Shown here piece after piece: positions 8,833 through 19,140 of a stretch of DNA of 64,000 nucleotides. Origin of the DNA: Halobacteriovoraceae bacterium (lineage in GTDB: Bacteria; Bdellovibrionota; Bacteriovoracia; Bacteriovoracales; Bacteriovoracaceae); NCBI GenBank assembly GCA_020635135.1, contig JACKAJ010000018.1:2567-66566 (forward strand), in the 5' to 3' direction. The notes below the pieces were generated by a model. It was not told the origin of the DNA and made no database searches. It was given only the letters and a program-made list of their open reading frames with translations. Numbering within the stretch: the stretch's first letter is position 1; every line of letters begins with the position of its first letter. The position numbers and the translations under genes were made by a program.

Positions 8833-10073
8833 AAGCTCATACCCATAAATTTCGAAATCAATTTTTTATTTCCTGCTCGAAAGGGTTAGAAGAAGAACTG
8901 GCTCGCGAAGTTCAAAATGTTAATCCCAAAAACTTTTTGGTCACAAAGGGAGGAATTCATTTCGAAGCTTATCCAGAAAGGGCCATTGAATTACTCCTCC
9001 ACTCACGCATTGGAAGTCGAATATTTAAAAAATATTATGAATTTGAAGTCAAAAATGAAAAAGACCTCTATCAATTCACAAAGGATATTAAGTGGAAAAG
9101 TATTTTCACAATAGAGCAAACTTTTAAAATTGTTGTTACTCAGAGTCCTTCAAGCAAAAATAAAAAGCATTCCAAGTTCAAAAATACACTTTATCTCTCC
9201 CAAGTAATAAAGGATGGAATTGTTGATCGCTTTCAAAGAGATTGTGGAAAAAGACCTTTTGTCGATGTTAAAAATCCCGATGCCATCATTCACTGTCATT
9301 TTTCTCCCAACGACAACCCTTATTCCCAAAAAGAAGTTGTCACGATTTCATTAGATTTAACTGGTGCTCCGCTTAGTAATCGAGGCTATCGACTACCCGA
9401 CGCCAAGGCCCCTTTGCGAGAAAATTTGGCTGCAGGAATTCTCGATCTTTTGGATTGGGATGGGAGTGAAAACCTCATTGATCCCATGTGCGGGACGGGG
9501 TCTTTTCTCTTCGAAGCTTATATTAAAAAAAATAAAACACCGACCAACTTAAAAGCCAATAAATGGCTTCGTGATAACCCGGAAAAAATTATTTGGAATT
9601 TTCAAAAACTTCCCTTCTTTCTCAAAGATAAAAAGCTTATAGAAAATTTCCAGCAAACATTTCAGACAGCTCTTGATAAGCCTGAAGAAAATCAAAAAAG
9701 TTTTATCTTAGGTTTTGACAATCAAGCACGAGAGGTTGAAAAAACTCAAAAAAACATTGCTAAACTTGAACTTTCAAATGATATCGAAGTCAAGGTTGGC
9801 GATGCGACCAATCTTGAAAATCCTTTTAGTACTCCAAGTTTAATTCTTTGCAACCCTCCTTATGGGCAAAGAATTTCAGCAACCTCCACTGACCTCGAAG
9901 AACTTTATTTCCAACTTGGCGAAAATGCTAAAAAGAATTTTAAAGGCTCACGCCTTGCCGTCATCTCTTCAGAGATTGAATTGTTGAAATGTATTTCTCT
10001 ACGCGCTGAAAGAAAGTGGACACTTTATAATGGCCCATTGAAGTGCCAATTAGTAGAATATCCCCTGCATTAA
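8829..10073 (+). CDS. THUMP-domain class I SAM-dependent RNA methyltransferase (RlmL/K-like)
   Basis: The TTG start overlaps the thrB stop. There is an N-terminal THUMP-like region, a SAM pocket DPMCGTGSF and a catalytic NPPYG. Confidence 0.8.
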   Translation: MKAHTHKFRNQFFISCSKGLEEELAREVQNVNPKNFLVTKGGIHFEAYPERAIELLLHSRIGSRIFKKYYEFEVKNEKDLYQFTKDIKWKSIFTIEQTFKIVVTQSPSSKNKKHSKFKNTLYLSQVIKDGIVDRFQRDCGKRPFVDVKNPDAIIHCHFSPNDNPYSQKEVVTISLDLTGAPLSNRGYRLPDAKAPLRENLAAGILDLLDWDGSENLIDPMCGTGSFLFEAYIKKNKTPTNLKANKWLRDNPEKIIWNFQKLPFFLKDKKLIENFQQTFQTALDKPEENQKSFILGFDNQAREVEKTQKNIAKLELSNDIEVKVGDATNLENPFSTPSLILCNPPYGQRISATSTDLEELYFQLGENAKKNFKGSRLAVISSEIELLKCISLRAERKWTLYNGPLKCQLVEYPLH

Positions 10074-10089
10074 ATGTAAGGAGAACATT

Positions 10090-10599
10090 ATGGTCCCTAT
10101 CACGGAATTAGAAAAACTCATTCGCAATGTCCCTGACTTCCCCAAAAAAGGAATTGTCTTTAAAGACATTGCTCCTATGCTTTATCACAAATTCAAAGAC
10201 GTAATTGTTCACCTCTCTGAACTTATTGAATGGCACGATATTAAATGTGTTGGGGGAATTGAAAGTCGTGGGTTTATCTTTGCTGCGGCCTTGGCCCATG
10301 AACACGATATTGGTTTTGTCCCCATACGAAAAGCAGGAAAGCTTCCGCCGCCCGTCCACTCAGAAGAGTATACTCTGGAGTATGGAGAAGACACTCTTGA
10401 AATCTTAAGCCTCTATGAGCCTGGAAAAATTGTGTTAGTGGACGATGTTATTGCTACTGGGGGGACTCTCAAGGCTTCTTATAATCTCTGTCGGCGTGCC
10501 GGCCTTGATGTGCAGCATTGTCTCAGTGTTATCAACTTGAAATTCCTCAATAAATTGGAAAACTTTCAACCCCCCATCCACTCTTTATTTGAATATTAA
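10090..10599 (+). CDS. apt: Adenine phosphoribosyltransferase
   Basis: 169 aa with the PRPP-binding motif VLVDDVIATGGT. An AAGGAG SD lies upstream. Confidence 0.9.
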   Translation: MVPITELEKLIRNVPDFPKKGIVFKDIAPMLYHKFKDVIVHLSELIEWHDIKCVGGIESRGFIFAAALAHEHDIGFVPIRKAGKLPPPVHSEEYTLEYGEDTLEILSLYEPGKIVLVDDVIATGGTLKASYNLCRRAGLDVQHCLSVINLKFLNKLENFQPPIHSLFEY

Positions 10600-10661
10600 A
10601 GAGGAATCTAATATACTGGGTTTCGTTAAGTTTAAGAATATCAAGAGGTTGGAGTTCCACA

Positions 10662-11147
10662 ATGGGTACAAGGCTCATCTTATTTATTGTTTTTGCTTCT
10701 CTTACAGTTTTTTTACTCACACTCACGAGTTACAAAGATTATTTTAATAAAGGCGAAGTTCTCAATCGAGAATTTCTTCAACAAAAAATTGCAGAGGCCA
10801 GCAAGCCTGCTAACAATGAAACTGAAGCGACTGCCGAAAGTGCCCAAGAAGCCAGTGAAGATGAAGATAAAATCGACATGAATGATCCCGCTATTAAAAA
10901 TGGCTTAGCCGTTTATACAGAAAAAGGTCAATGTATTAAGTGCCATGGAGAGCAAGGTGAAGGAAATGTTGAGCAAGAAGCTCCCTTAGTTGCTGGTCAA
11001 TACACTTGGTATATTGTCGATCAAGTTGCTCAAATAAAAGCTGGGACACGAGTTAATGAAAAAATGCTTCCCTATCTTAGTGAATTAACTGAACAAGACA
11101 TTGAAGACGTCGCTAAGTATATCAATTCACTCAGAGTAAAAGAATAA
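10662..11147 (+). CDS. Membrane-anchored mono-haem c-type cytochrome
   Basis: N-terminal TM helix, one CxxCH (CIKCH), and a distal Met candidate (EKMLPY). Confidence 0.75.
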   Translation: MGTRLILFIVFASLTVFLLTLTSYKDYFNKGEVLNREFLQQKIAEASKPANNETEATAESAQEASEDEDKIDMNDPAIKNGLAVYTEKGQCIKCHGEQGEGNVEQEAPLVAGQYTWYIVDQVAQIKAGTRVNEKMLPYLSELTEQDIEDVAKYINSLRVKE

Positions 11148-11220
11148 TTCATCCTTGAAATAGGGTGAAAGTTGGTCTCGTTTTCTTAGAATCCATTAAT
11201 CGTTTATCATAGTTATTAAG

Positions 11221-12393
11221 ATGTTACGTTTAATTACGATTGCTCTATTTTCAATAGTTTCCTCCAGCCTTTGGGCCCTTGAAATCGGGGATCATCTTCC
11301 TTTTAGAATTGTCCGCGTTCTCCCGCAAAATGTTATTGCTATTGATAAAGGCCAAGTGGATATGGTCAATCCAGAAGAGCAAGTCAAAATGTATCACGGC
11401 GATCAGTTTGTATCGCGCGCGCTTTGCATACGCAGCGATAAGAACATGTCATTTTGGAAACTCTACCGTGTTGTTAAGCCTAGTAAATTCCTAGAAACAA
11501 AAGGTTTCCAACTTAAAGCGATTCCCCTTAAAGATGTTCCATGGGAGTACATCAAAAAACCTCTCGAAGAATATCAAAAAATCACAGAAGAGTTCTATCC
11601 ACCTGTGAAAAATTATTCCACCCAAGAGCTCCTTAATGAAAGCATAAGAGAAGTCCAAACAACAATTTTTGCCAGTCCCTTTAGAATTGAAAGTATTAAT
11701 AATCACAGTAATCTTCACTATGGAATTGCCGTGGATACTAAGGGCGATCGCAAATATCTCACCCATTTTATGTACGAAGGTTATCAATTCCAAGCGACTG
11801 ACGTGATTACTAACGAAAGCTTCCAGCAAACTCGAAATAAAGCAGAAGTTTTTCTCACTAATACTCGCCTGTTAGAAGACAATAAAAATGTTTTTTTTGG
11901 TGCTGACTACTTTACTCAAAAGCAAGGAGAATATTATCCCTATCGTTTTCAAATTCGCGTTTACCCTTTTGGGATAGAGAAAAATATAAAAATTAATGAT
12001 GCTATTCCAAAGTTGAGCTTTGTCTATGCTCCCATTCTGGAGAGCTATTCGATGGAGAAGCTCAATACAGTGACGAGCATAGAAGAAGAAAAAAATGATT
12101 CAGCGATTCGCCATCTTTTTGGGTTTAATATTCTCGTCAATCCTCTACCGAAACTTGAAATTGTCGATAGTTTTAAATTGCGACCTGAACACGAAACTGA
12201 AAACATTATTAAGCTGGACTTTGAAGATATCGATTTTGAAAATACTTTTACAATTCGTTATCTCGCCGATCAATCCATTCACTTTGACTATACCAATGTT
12301 TATTCGATCGATCGCCGCCGAGAACTCTACACTAATCTCGAAGAAGGAAATATCATTCATTCTTTCAATATTAACTTTAATTTTTCAATGTAA
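11221..12393 (+). CDS. Secreted hypothetical protein
   Basis: Signal peptide MLRLITIALFSIVSSSLWA|L. A long uninterrupted ORF with beta-rich alternating patterns toward the C-terminus. No family recognised. Confidence 0.55.
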   Translation: MLRLITIALFSIVSSSLWALEIGDHLPFRIVRVLPQNVIAIDKGQVDMVNPEEQVKMYHGDQFVSRALCIRSDKNMSFWKLYRVVKPSKFLETKGFQLKAIPLKDVPWEYIKKPLEEYQKITEEFYPPVKNYSTQELLNESIREVQTTIFASPFRIESINNHSNLHYGIAVDTKGDRKYLTHFMYEGYQFQATDVITNESFQQTRNKAEVFLTNTRLLEDNKNVFFGADYFTQKQGEYYPYRFQIRVYPFGIEKNIKINDAIPKLSFVYAPILESYSMEKLNTVTSIEEEKNDSAIRHLFGFNILVNPLPKLEIVDSFKLRPEHETENIIKLDFEDIDFENTFTIRYLADQSIHFDYTNVYSIDRRRELYTNLEEGNIIHSFNINFNFSM

Positions 12394-13165
12394 CAGATCC
12401 GTGAAATGTCTGCTGAACTGACCCTGAATAAAAAACTTTTTTATTTTTAAAGAGCACCTTGATGACTCCTCCGCGAGCTTGAAAATTGACTTCGCCATCT
12501 TCAAGATTGGGATTAAGACTTAAGGCCGTCGCAGTAACCCCTGTTCCACAACACAATGTTTCTCCCTCGACTCCCCTTTCAAAGGTTCGAATAAAAACTT
12601 TTTCTCCATTGGCTGAATAAAAATTAACGTTCGTTCCTCCAACAGAGAAGAGCGGATCATGACGAAGCTTTTTTCCTTCACTATTCACATCCACTTGGTC
12701 GATATCATCAACTTCAAGGCACAAATGAGGAATCCCCACCGAGAGAAATCTTTTGTTTCTGTAACTTTTGAGAGAACTTAAATCGACATTATCGTTCCAA
12801 GCGAAGTGTTCCATTTCAATGGTCACTGTGTTGTCCGTTATTTTAACTGGGTATTTACCACTTGGGGTTTGAACAATATATTCAGAAGACTTCTCCCCAG
12901 TTTGATTGTGAAAATAGTGAGTACTGGCACGCACTCCATTGCCACACATATCCGCACGCTCTCCATCGCAATTGAATATTGTCATTTGGAAATTTTGAGC
13001 ATCGAGAGGCTTTATAACAATGAGTCCATCGGCCCCAATACCGTGCTGGCGATGACATAGTGCTTTCACATGAGGCTCAACAACCTTCACTAAATTCCCT
13101 TCTTTGTCCCAAATAAGAATAAAATCATTCCCAGTGGCACTATATTTTACAAAATTCAATTCCAT
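12377..13165 (-). CDS. dapF: Diaminopimelate epimerase
   Basis: 262 aa with two active-site Cys motifs, NCDGERADMCGNG and TLCCGTGVTA. Confidence 0.9.
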   Translation of the reverse strand: MELNFVKYSATGNDFILIWDKEGNLVKVVEPHVKALCHRQHGIGADGLIVIKPLDAQNFQMTIFNCDGERADMCGNGVRASTHYFHNQTGEKSSEYIVQTPSGKYPVKITDNTVTIEMEHFAWNDNVDLSSLKSYRNKRFLSVGIPHLCLEVDDIDQVDVNSEGKKLRHDPLFSVGGTNVNFYSANGEKVFIRTFERGVEGETLCCGTGVTATALSLNPNLEDGEVNFQARGGVIKVLFKNKKVFYSGSVQQTFHGSVTLKN

Positions 13166-13267
13166 CGCCCCAGTCTAGCACGAAAGCTTGGAAAAACTAA
13201 GAAAGGCGTTTGCAATTGACGCACTTTTCGCTAATATCTTGGAAATTGAAAAGCATATTTATTATGT

Positions 13268-13344
13268 GGGACTATAGCTCAGTTGGTTAGAGCTCCCGGC
13301 TCATAACCGGGTGGTCCCTGGTTCAAGTCCAGGTAGTCCCACCA
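13268..13344 (+). tRNA. tRNA with CAT anticodon (elongator Met or lysidine-modified Ile2), CCA encoded
   Basis: I folded the cloverleaf by hand. Acceptor GGGACTA/TAGTCCC. D stem GCTC/GAGC. Anticodon stem CCCGG/CCGGG with loop CTCATAA. T arm CCTGG-TTCAAGT-CCAGG. Discriminator A followed by CCA. The 1:72 G-C pair argues against an initiator. Confidence 0.9.
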
Positions 13345-13353
13345 TCTTTAATT

Positions 13354-13851
13354 ATGAATTATCATTTTGTAGCAATATTTGTTTTCTTTATCTCCACGCA
13401 GTCTCTTTTAGCCAGCGGCTCAGTCAAGACTACAAATAATTGCAAACCTAAACTTTCTCAGCAAGAAAGCGAGCAAACAGACAACACATTGTTTTGCGAA
13501 GTTAATCGAACTTTTGATTTCACTGCTTTTGCCTTTTCAAACTCTCTGACACATCTACTGGACGGGCTTACAAGTAGTTGTTCTAAAGAACAACAGAGTC
13601 CTAGAGATGAAAAAATTAAATTTATAACATCTCAAAAAACAAATGAATGTAAAATAGTAAAAAACCTGGGACTTTCGCAAGCAGAAGCCATTGGTCTCAA
13701 TAAACCTCAATGCGAGAAAGCCCTCGCCAAGCTTCTCCAGAAAGCTCAATTTTTACCGATCAATGCAGTTTATATCGATAAATATTCTGAATTTTGTGAA
13801 CCTCAAAAGCTTGAAATAAAGGCTTATTGCTGCCCTTCGCGCGTTCTTTAG
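13354..13851 (+). CDS. Secreted Cys-containing hypothetical protein
   Basis: Signal peptide MNYHFVAIFVFFISTQSLLA|S. The start lies only 9 nt after the tRNA CCA, with no obvious SD. Confidence 0.5.
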   Translation: MNYHFVAIFVFFISTQSLLASGSVKTTNNCKPKLSQQESEQTDNTLFCEVNRTFDFTAFAFSNSLTHLLDGLTSSCSKEQQSPRDEKIKFITSQKTNECKIVKNLGLSQAEAIGLNKPQCEKALAKLLQKAQFLPINAVYIDKYSEFCEPQKLEIKAYCCPSRVL

Positions 13852-13928
13852 TCATCGAAAATGGCCATTGAGTTCTTTTGTGTTTATAACTTAAGACTGT
13901 TAATCATTTATATTTGAGGAGAAAATCC

Positions 13929-14732
13929 ATGTATCAAAACGGACAAGTCGATAATAAAAAAGCTATTTTTTATGGAATAGTTGTTAGTCTATTTCTTTTT
14001 GTTTTTATTATCCTGTTTAGTTCCTGGACTGTGGTCGATGCTGGATATCGAGGCGTTAAAATTCGCTTAGGGGAAGTTCAAGAAGTTCTCGACGAAGGAC
14101 TCCATTTTATTCCACCACTCATAACTAAAGTCGTGAAGATTCCTGTACGAGAAGCCAAATTTCAAAACAAAGTGAGCGCATATAGTAAAGATGCTCAGAT
14201 TGTGGAGGCGACCTTTGCAATTAATATTTATCCACAAAAATCAGACATCGCTCTTCTTTATCAAGATGTTGGCCCAGATTTTATTGAAAAGCTCTCTCCT
14301 CAAATTATTGAAGCAACTATCAAAGAAGTTTTTGGTCAGTATAAGGCTGTCGATCTCATTATTAATCGCCAAGAAGCTGCCCAGAGGATAAGAGAAGTTT
14401 TAACCCCAAGACTTAAAGAAAAACGACTCAATCTGACAAACTTTGACGTAGTTAATTTGGATTTTGATGATGCCTTTGAAAAAGCAGTTAAGGAAAAAGT
14501 TATTGCTGTTGAGTTATCAAAGCGTTCAGAAAACTTGCTTGAAAAAGCCAAAAACGATAAAGCGATTCGTATCACTGAGGCCCAGGCTGAAGCCGAGGCC
14601 ATGCGGATCAAGGCCAATGCGCTCAAGTCCAATAAAAACCTAACGCAGTATGAAGCTATCCTCAAATGGGACGGGAAATTGCCAACTTATATGATGGGGA
14701 ACTCTGTTCCTTTCATCAATTTTAGCAACTAA
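13929..14732 (+). CDS. SPFH/Band 7 (prohibitin-like) membrane protein
   Basis: N-terminal TM helix. The VVDAGYRGVKIRLGEV start of the SPFH domain and an Ala/Glu-rich coiled C-terminus (EAQAEAEAMRIKA). I chose the ATG at 13929 (GAGGAG 7 nt upstream) over the TTG at 13914. Confidence 0.8.
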   Translation: MYQNGQVDNKKAIFYGIVVSLFLFVFIILFSSWTVVDAGYRGVKIRLGEVQEVLDEGLHFIPPLITKVVKIPVREAKFQNKVSAYSKDAQIVEATFAINIYPQKSDIALLYQDVGPDFIEKLSPQIIEATIKEVFGQYKAVDLIINRQEAAQRIREVLTPRLKEKRLNLTNFDVVNLDFDDAFEKAVKEKVIAVELSKRSENLLEKAKNDKAIRITEAQAEAEAMRIKANALKSNKNLTQYEAILKWDGKLPTYMMGNSVPFINFSN

Positions 14733-14802
14733 ACGCTTGTAATTCCTACATTCGTTAAATTTTCTATTGATAAAGGTTAAGATTTTATTATATAGCCTTT
14801 TC

Positions 14803-15645
14803 ATGAAAACTTTAACTTTAGCTCTCGCTTTCCTTTGTTTTTCTGTTTTTGCTCAAGTTGAGGATAAAGATATTCAACTTCCTCTTCAAAAATTTACAGT
14901 CACTGCCACAATTCCCAGGGCTCATAAGTTGGATTTTGATAATACCAATAACTATGTCACAGAGGTTTCTCTCCAACGAAAAGGTAGTTTATACAGCGAA
15001 AGTAAACTTCTAAGAGGGCAAACTAATGTAAAAGTAGGAAGTCTTAATCAGTTGATTTTTGATGAATCATTTTATTTTCCTCAAAAACTTTTAAAAGACT
15101 ATCAACTTGTTTTAAGAGTATACGAGTCCGATCCTGCTATTTTTTATTATCCAGATATTGGGGATTTAAATAAAGATGAATATATTGTTTACGGAACAGC
15201 TATTGATCTCGACAAAATTCAAGATAGTTATATCTTTGATTCTGAGCTCGATGAATTCATAAGTTACAATGAAGACATCAAAATTGTAGTTAATTCAAAA
15301 GTTAATACTGATAGTAATGCCACTGTTATTCGCAATATAAGAAAACAACATGACAACGTTAAAGGCATTCAATTCTTTTGTTCACAACTTCGTTTTCATA
15401 AATTACTTTACTCTGAAGCAGATCTTTACGAACAAGACATTCTTGGCTCTACACGAGGACTGATTATGCCAGAAACGAGAGAAAGAAAATTATTTGGCAA
15501 CGTTCGTCTTTCAACATATGTATATCGATACTTGATAAACTTAGCAGATGTTATTGGAATAGATAATCCTGACTTTCAAACAAATATTTATTCTAAGCCG
15601 TTTTTCAAAAAAAATTTCTTTTGTTCCTTTTATCGCAATTTCTAA
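14803..15645 (+). CDS. Secreted hypothetical protein
   Basis: Signal peptide MKTLTLALAFLCFSVFA|Q starting at the ATG at 14803. No family recognised. Confidence 0.55.
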   Translation: MKTLTLALAFLCFSVFAQVEDKDIQLPLQKFTVTATIPRAHKLDFDNTNNYVTEVSLQRKGSLYSESKLLRGQTNVKVGSLNQLIFDESFYFPQKLLKDYQLVLRVYESDPAIFYYPDIGDLNKDEYIVYGTAIDLDKIQDSYIFDSELDEFISYNEDIKIVVNSKVNTDSNATVIRNIRKQHDNVKGIQFFCSQLRFHKLLYSEADLYEQDILGSTRGLIMPETRERKLFGNVRLSTYVYRYLINLADVIGIDNPDFQTNIYSKPFFKKNFFCSFYRNF

Positions 15646-16937
15646 TTGAATAGATTGTTTCGGAAAAAGACGTTGCAATTCGCTTTGAATTTTCGCAATT
15701 TCGCCATCATGTTATTGTTTTTCTCTTGGAGTTTAAGATAAAACAAACGAGCGTGACCGAGTCCACCGGTCGCACCTAAGGCATAGAAGAGATAATTATC
15801 AATATTTAACCCTACGGCCCTAAAAGCAGCGGCTGCCGCCCAAGTCATAGAGCCTCCAACCACGATAGCATCTGATTTTAATTTTAAAATATTTGCGATT
15901 CTCTGAAGTTTTGCTGCCCGAGCAGTATTCCCTAACTTTAGGGCTTCAGCTGCTAACTTTTCTGCCTTTTCGATCGCGGGTCGATAAGTTTTAGCATTCG
16001 CTGTATCGAGGACTCCTTGAGACCAGACAGAGTCGATTGTTGTTTTAATGACATAATGAAGACTCTCAGCAAAAGTAGCATCAAATTCAATCATATTGAC
16101 TGAAGCAAAATAATGCATTCCTCCTCGAAGAACTGCCAAGATGCCTGCTTCAACAACGGCCCACTTCAATGTTGCTGCTATAAAATTTGATTTTTTAAAA
16201 GCTATTTCTTTTAAACCCAACCTGGAGAGAAAGGGCATTTTTTTCAGCAAAAAAGAATGAAGTTTGACTTGCATGATGTTGGTATCAAGACTTTTCAAAA
16301 AGGGTTGATTAAACCACATTAAAGTTCCGCTCATGCTCCCAACTAATATCCCTAGCATTGAAGCGGGAAGTGGGTCCATTCCTCCTGCCATAAAACTTGA
16401 AGCTACAACAGTTGCATTCACTGAAGTTCTCACGAGTGTTAAAGACCAGCGACGATTTTTTGGAAGCCAGTCCACGAGCCAATTAGCAAAACGCTTCATG
16501 ATTCGAGGTTCATGAACGTCATGAACTGAGCTTGGCTCTCGAGAACCATTTTCTATAAAGCTCAGGTATTCTTCACCTAATTCAGAATGTTCAAAATTTA
16601 CGTTCGAAAAATATTTTTTTTCGAGCTCTAAGAGATAAGGTTTAATTTCGTTTTTAGGATATCCTCTTTTTTTAAGAGCAGCTTCATTGAAAAAAGTATT
16701 GGTAGCAAAAACAGGAATATTGCCGTAAGACTCAATTTCTTTAGCAAACTCTTGCATCGCATGTTCAAGATTTTCTTTTTTATCTGAATAAACGGTTGTA
16801 ATTTTATAAGTAACACCTTCATGAAAACTATCACTCGCCTCGTATTCCACTGTATCCAGAACGTCGTAAAGTTTACCTTCATCTTGAGAAAAAACTGAAG
16901 ATGATAAAAAAAGAGATAATAAAAGCCATAACTTCAT
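15642..16937 (-). CDS. Hypothetical membrane protein (signal peptide, ~150-aa soluble domain, then Gly/Ala-rich hydrophobic segments)
   Basis: The ATG at 16937 gives MKLWLLLSLFLSSSVFS|Q. There are several hydrophobic Gly/Ala-rich stretches (VVASSFMAGGMDPLPASMLGILVGSMSG, AIVVGGSMTWAAAAAF). It is co-oriented and lies 64 nt downstream of the giant gene. Confidence 0.55.
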   Translation of the reverse strand: MKLWLLLSLFLSSSVFSQDEGKLYDVLDTVEYEASDSFHEGVTYKITTVYSDKKENLEHAMQEFAKEIESYGNIPVFATNTFFNEAALKKRGYPKNEIKPYLLELEKKYFSNVNFEHSELGEEYLSFIENGSREPSSVHDVHEPRIMKRFANWLVDWLPKNRRWSLTLVRTSVNATVVASSFMAGGMDPLPASMLGILVGSMSGTLMWFNQPFLKSLDTNIMQVKLHSFLLKKMPFLSRLGLKEIAFKKSNFIAATLKWAVVEAGILAVLRGGMHYFASVNMIEFDATFAESLHYVIKTTIDSVWSQGVLDTANAKTYRPAIEKAEKLAAEALKLGNTARAAKLQRIANILKLKSDAIVVGGSMTWAAAAAFRAVGLNIDNYLFYALGATGGLGHARLFYLKLQEKNNNMMAKLRKFKANCNVFFRNNLFN

Positions 16938-17019
16938 AATGAGCTCATTTTTCAATAGGTTATAATGTCATTATCGGAAAAGTGACTTAAGAATTTAGAA
17001 TTAGAAATTCTACATTTGT

Positions 17020-19140
17020 TTATTGGCAACCATTATTCTCAACTTTAATACTATCGAGCCCCATATCTGAATGCCATACAGTTCCAGATGATGGCATAAC
17101 AGCTCTAAATCGCAGTTTTATATTTCCTGAGTTATAGCCTAGATTACACAAGTCAATCGTTTGAGCATTCCAAACATCAACCCCATTTCTTCCAACGTCT
17201 GCGCCAAGATGCGACCAGGCAGGAGTGTCCCAGGTTGATCCACCGTCTGTTGAAACTTCCAGATAGAGATCTCCCATATTATCACCACGTTTATTCCAGT
17301 AAAAAGTCATCGACAGGTTAAATGAACCAGCATCCAATGTATTACTTTCAAGTATAAACTCATCTCCTGATTTAGCAGGGCTGGATGCTTCTGTATAAAC
17401 GTAACTACCACTACCACCTTGAGCTAAAGTCGGACCTACTCCACTACTAGGAGTATCACCTGAGTTCAGTGACCAATCTCGGTCATCACCAGAAACATTA
17501 TTCCAATTAGCAAAGCTCTCAAAATCATCTTCTTGAATTAAGCTCGTATCCTTCACAAAAGTTTTAATAGCACGTCCAGTCGGCCCCCCTGATCCTGAAA
17601 CATGATCAGCAATAATTTGAACATTCCCATCGGGGACTGCGCTCAAATCAAATGTATAGTTCCATGCTCCCGAATTACATAGTGTTGTGCCTGATACTCC
17701 ACCTGAAAAAGTAATGTTTTGAGCATTATCACTGCAAGTCCCACTCACAGAAAAAGCATTGTAGTTGGCAAGAGTTATGATTTCTGAAACATCCGGAGTT
17801 GTAATAGCAATTGTAGCAGGAACTCCAGGATTACAACCATCAGCAGTGACTTTTACTTCATCAATAGCAATATCTGAATTCCATATTGTTCCTGAACTCG
17901 GCATCGTAGCTCGAAAACGAAATTTTACATTTCCTGAATTATAACCTTGATCACAAACATCCACATTCGCGAGATTCCATCTATCTGTACCATTAGTCGC
18001 TATATCAGAACCTGTATGTGACCAAACAGCAGGATCCCAAGAACTTCCTCCATCCGTAGAAGCCTCTAAATACAGATCTCCCATGCTCGTTCCTCGTTTA
18101 TTCCAATAAAACTGAATTCTTAAATTAAAAGCCCCTGCATCTAAGTCACTACTTTCTATGATAAATTCATCATTGGCTCCAACAGGATTTGAAGCCTCTG
18201 TGTATAAATAATTTCCACCCGAATCTTGAGAAGAGGTCGGTCCGACTCCTGAGCTTGGAGTGTCTCCCGAGTTTAGGCTCCAATCGCGATCATCGTAATT
18301 AGCATTAGCCCAGTTTCCAAGAGTATCAAATGAATCAAACTGTAAATAAGAGGTATCTTTACTAAACTCTTTCGTAGCAATTCCATTAGCACCACCTGAT
18401 GCCGAGCTATGAGTGACAATTAAATTAACAAGCCCGTCTCCTGCACTGCTCAAATCAAGAGATGTCGACCAAGTTCCGGCAGAGCAGCTTGTACTTCCCG
18501 AACCATCACCCGAAATAATAATATTTTGGCCATTATCACTACATGTTCCTCCAATCGTAAAACTTGATTCATTAAAGAGAGTAATTAAGGTATCAGTGCT
18601 CGGAGAATCAAAGGTAATTGTAGCAGGTGGATTCGCCTCGCAACCACCCGAGTTAACAACAAGGTCATCAATCGCAATATCCGAATTCCAAATTGTTCCA
18701 GTTGAAGGCATCACTGCTCTAAATCTCAACACGACATTCGAAGAAGTATAACCTAAGTTACAAAGATCAACATATTGGCTTCTCCAGGCATCTGTTCCTC
18801 CAGTCGCAATATCCGATCCCAAATGTGACCATACTTCAGTCCAAGTACTTCCTCCATTATTTGAAGCTTCAAGAATCAGATCTCCCATGTTATCTCCTCG
18901 CTTATTCCATTTGAAGGAAAAAGCAAGATCATTGGTTGACCCATCTAAAATATTACTTTCCAAGTGAAATTCATCATTGGCTGCCACTGGACTCGAAGCC
19001 TCTGTATAGGCATAACTGCCAGAAGTTGGTCCAACGTCTGTACTGGGCGTATCGCCTGTATTCAAGCTCCAGTCATCATCATCACCTCCAACATTTGACC
19101 AATTTCCAAATGAAGAGTTGAGATCATCAATTTGGTTGAA
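17020..19140 (-). repeat. Three tandem MAM-domain modules (approx. 18640-19140, 17835-18345, 17020-17540), each preceded by an Ig-like spacer
   Basis: Each copy has F..W.N...DD.DWSLN.GDTPS..VGPT...G.Y.YTEAS.P....DEF.LES..LD...F.L.F.WNKRG..MGDL.LE.S..GGS.W...WSH.G.D......D.W......DLC..GY.S.N..LRFRA.MPS.GT.W.SD...D.....GC. Confidence 0.75.

Noticed and set aside
13166-13360. tRNA gene as an integration hot spot or island boundary
   Set aside because: There is no integrase, no direct repeat of the tRNA 3' end, and no compositional break nearby. The flanking genes (dapF, SPFH) are ordinary.
18413-18751. Plus-strand ORFs antisense to the giant gene (also 18936-19121, 22094-22285, 24475-24762, 25474-25665)
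   Set aside because: These are mirror-frame ORFs inside an 8.7-kb continuous minus-strand ORF with recognisable domains. They have no start context and low-complexity translations.
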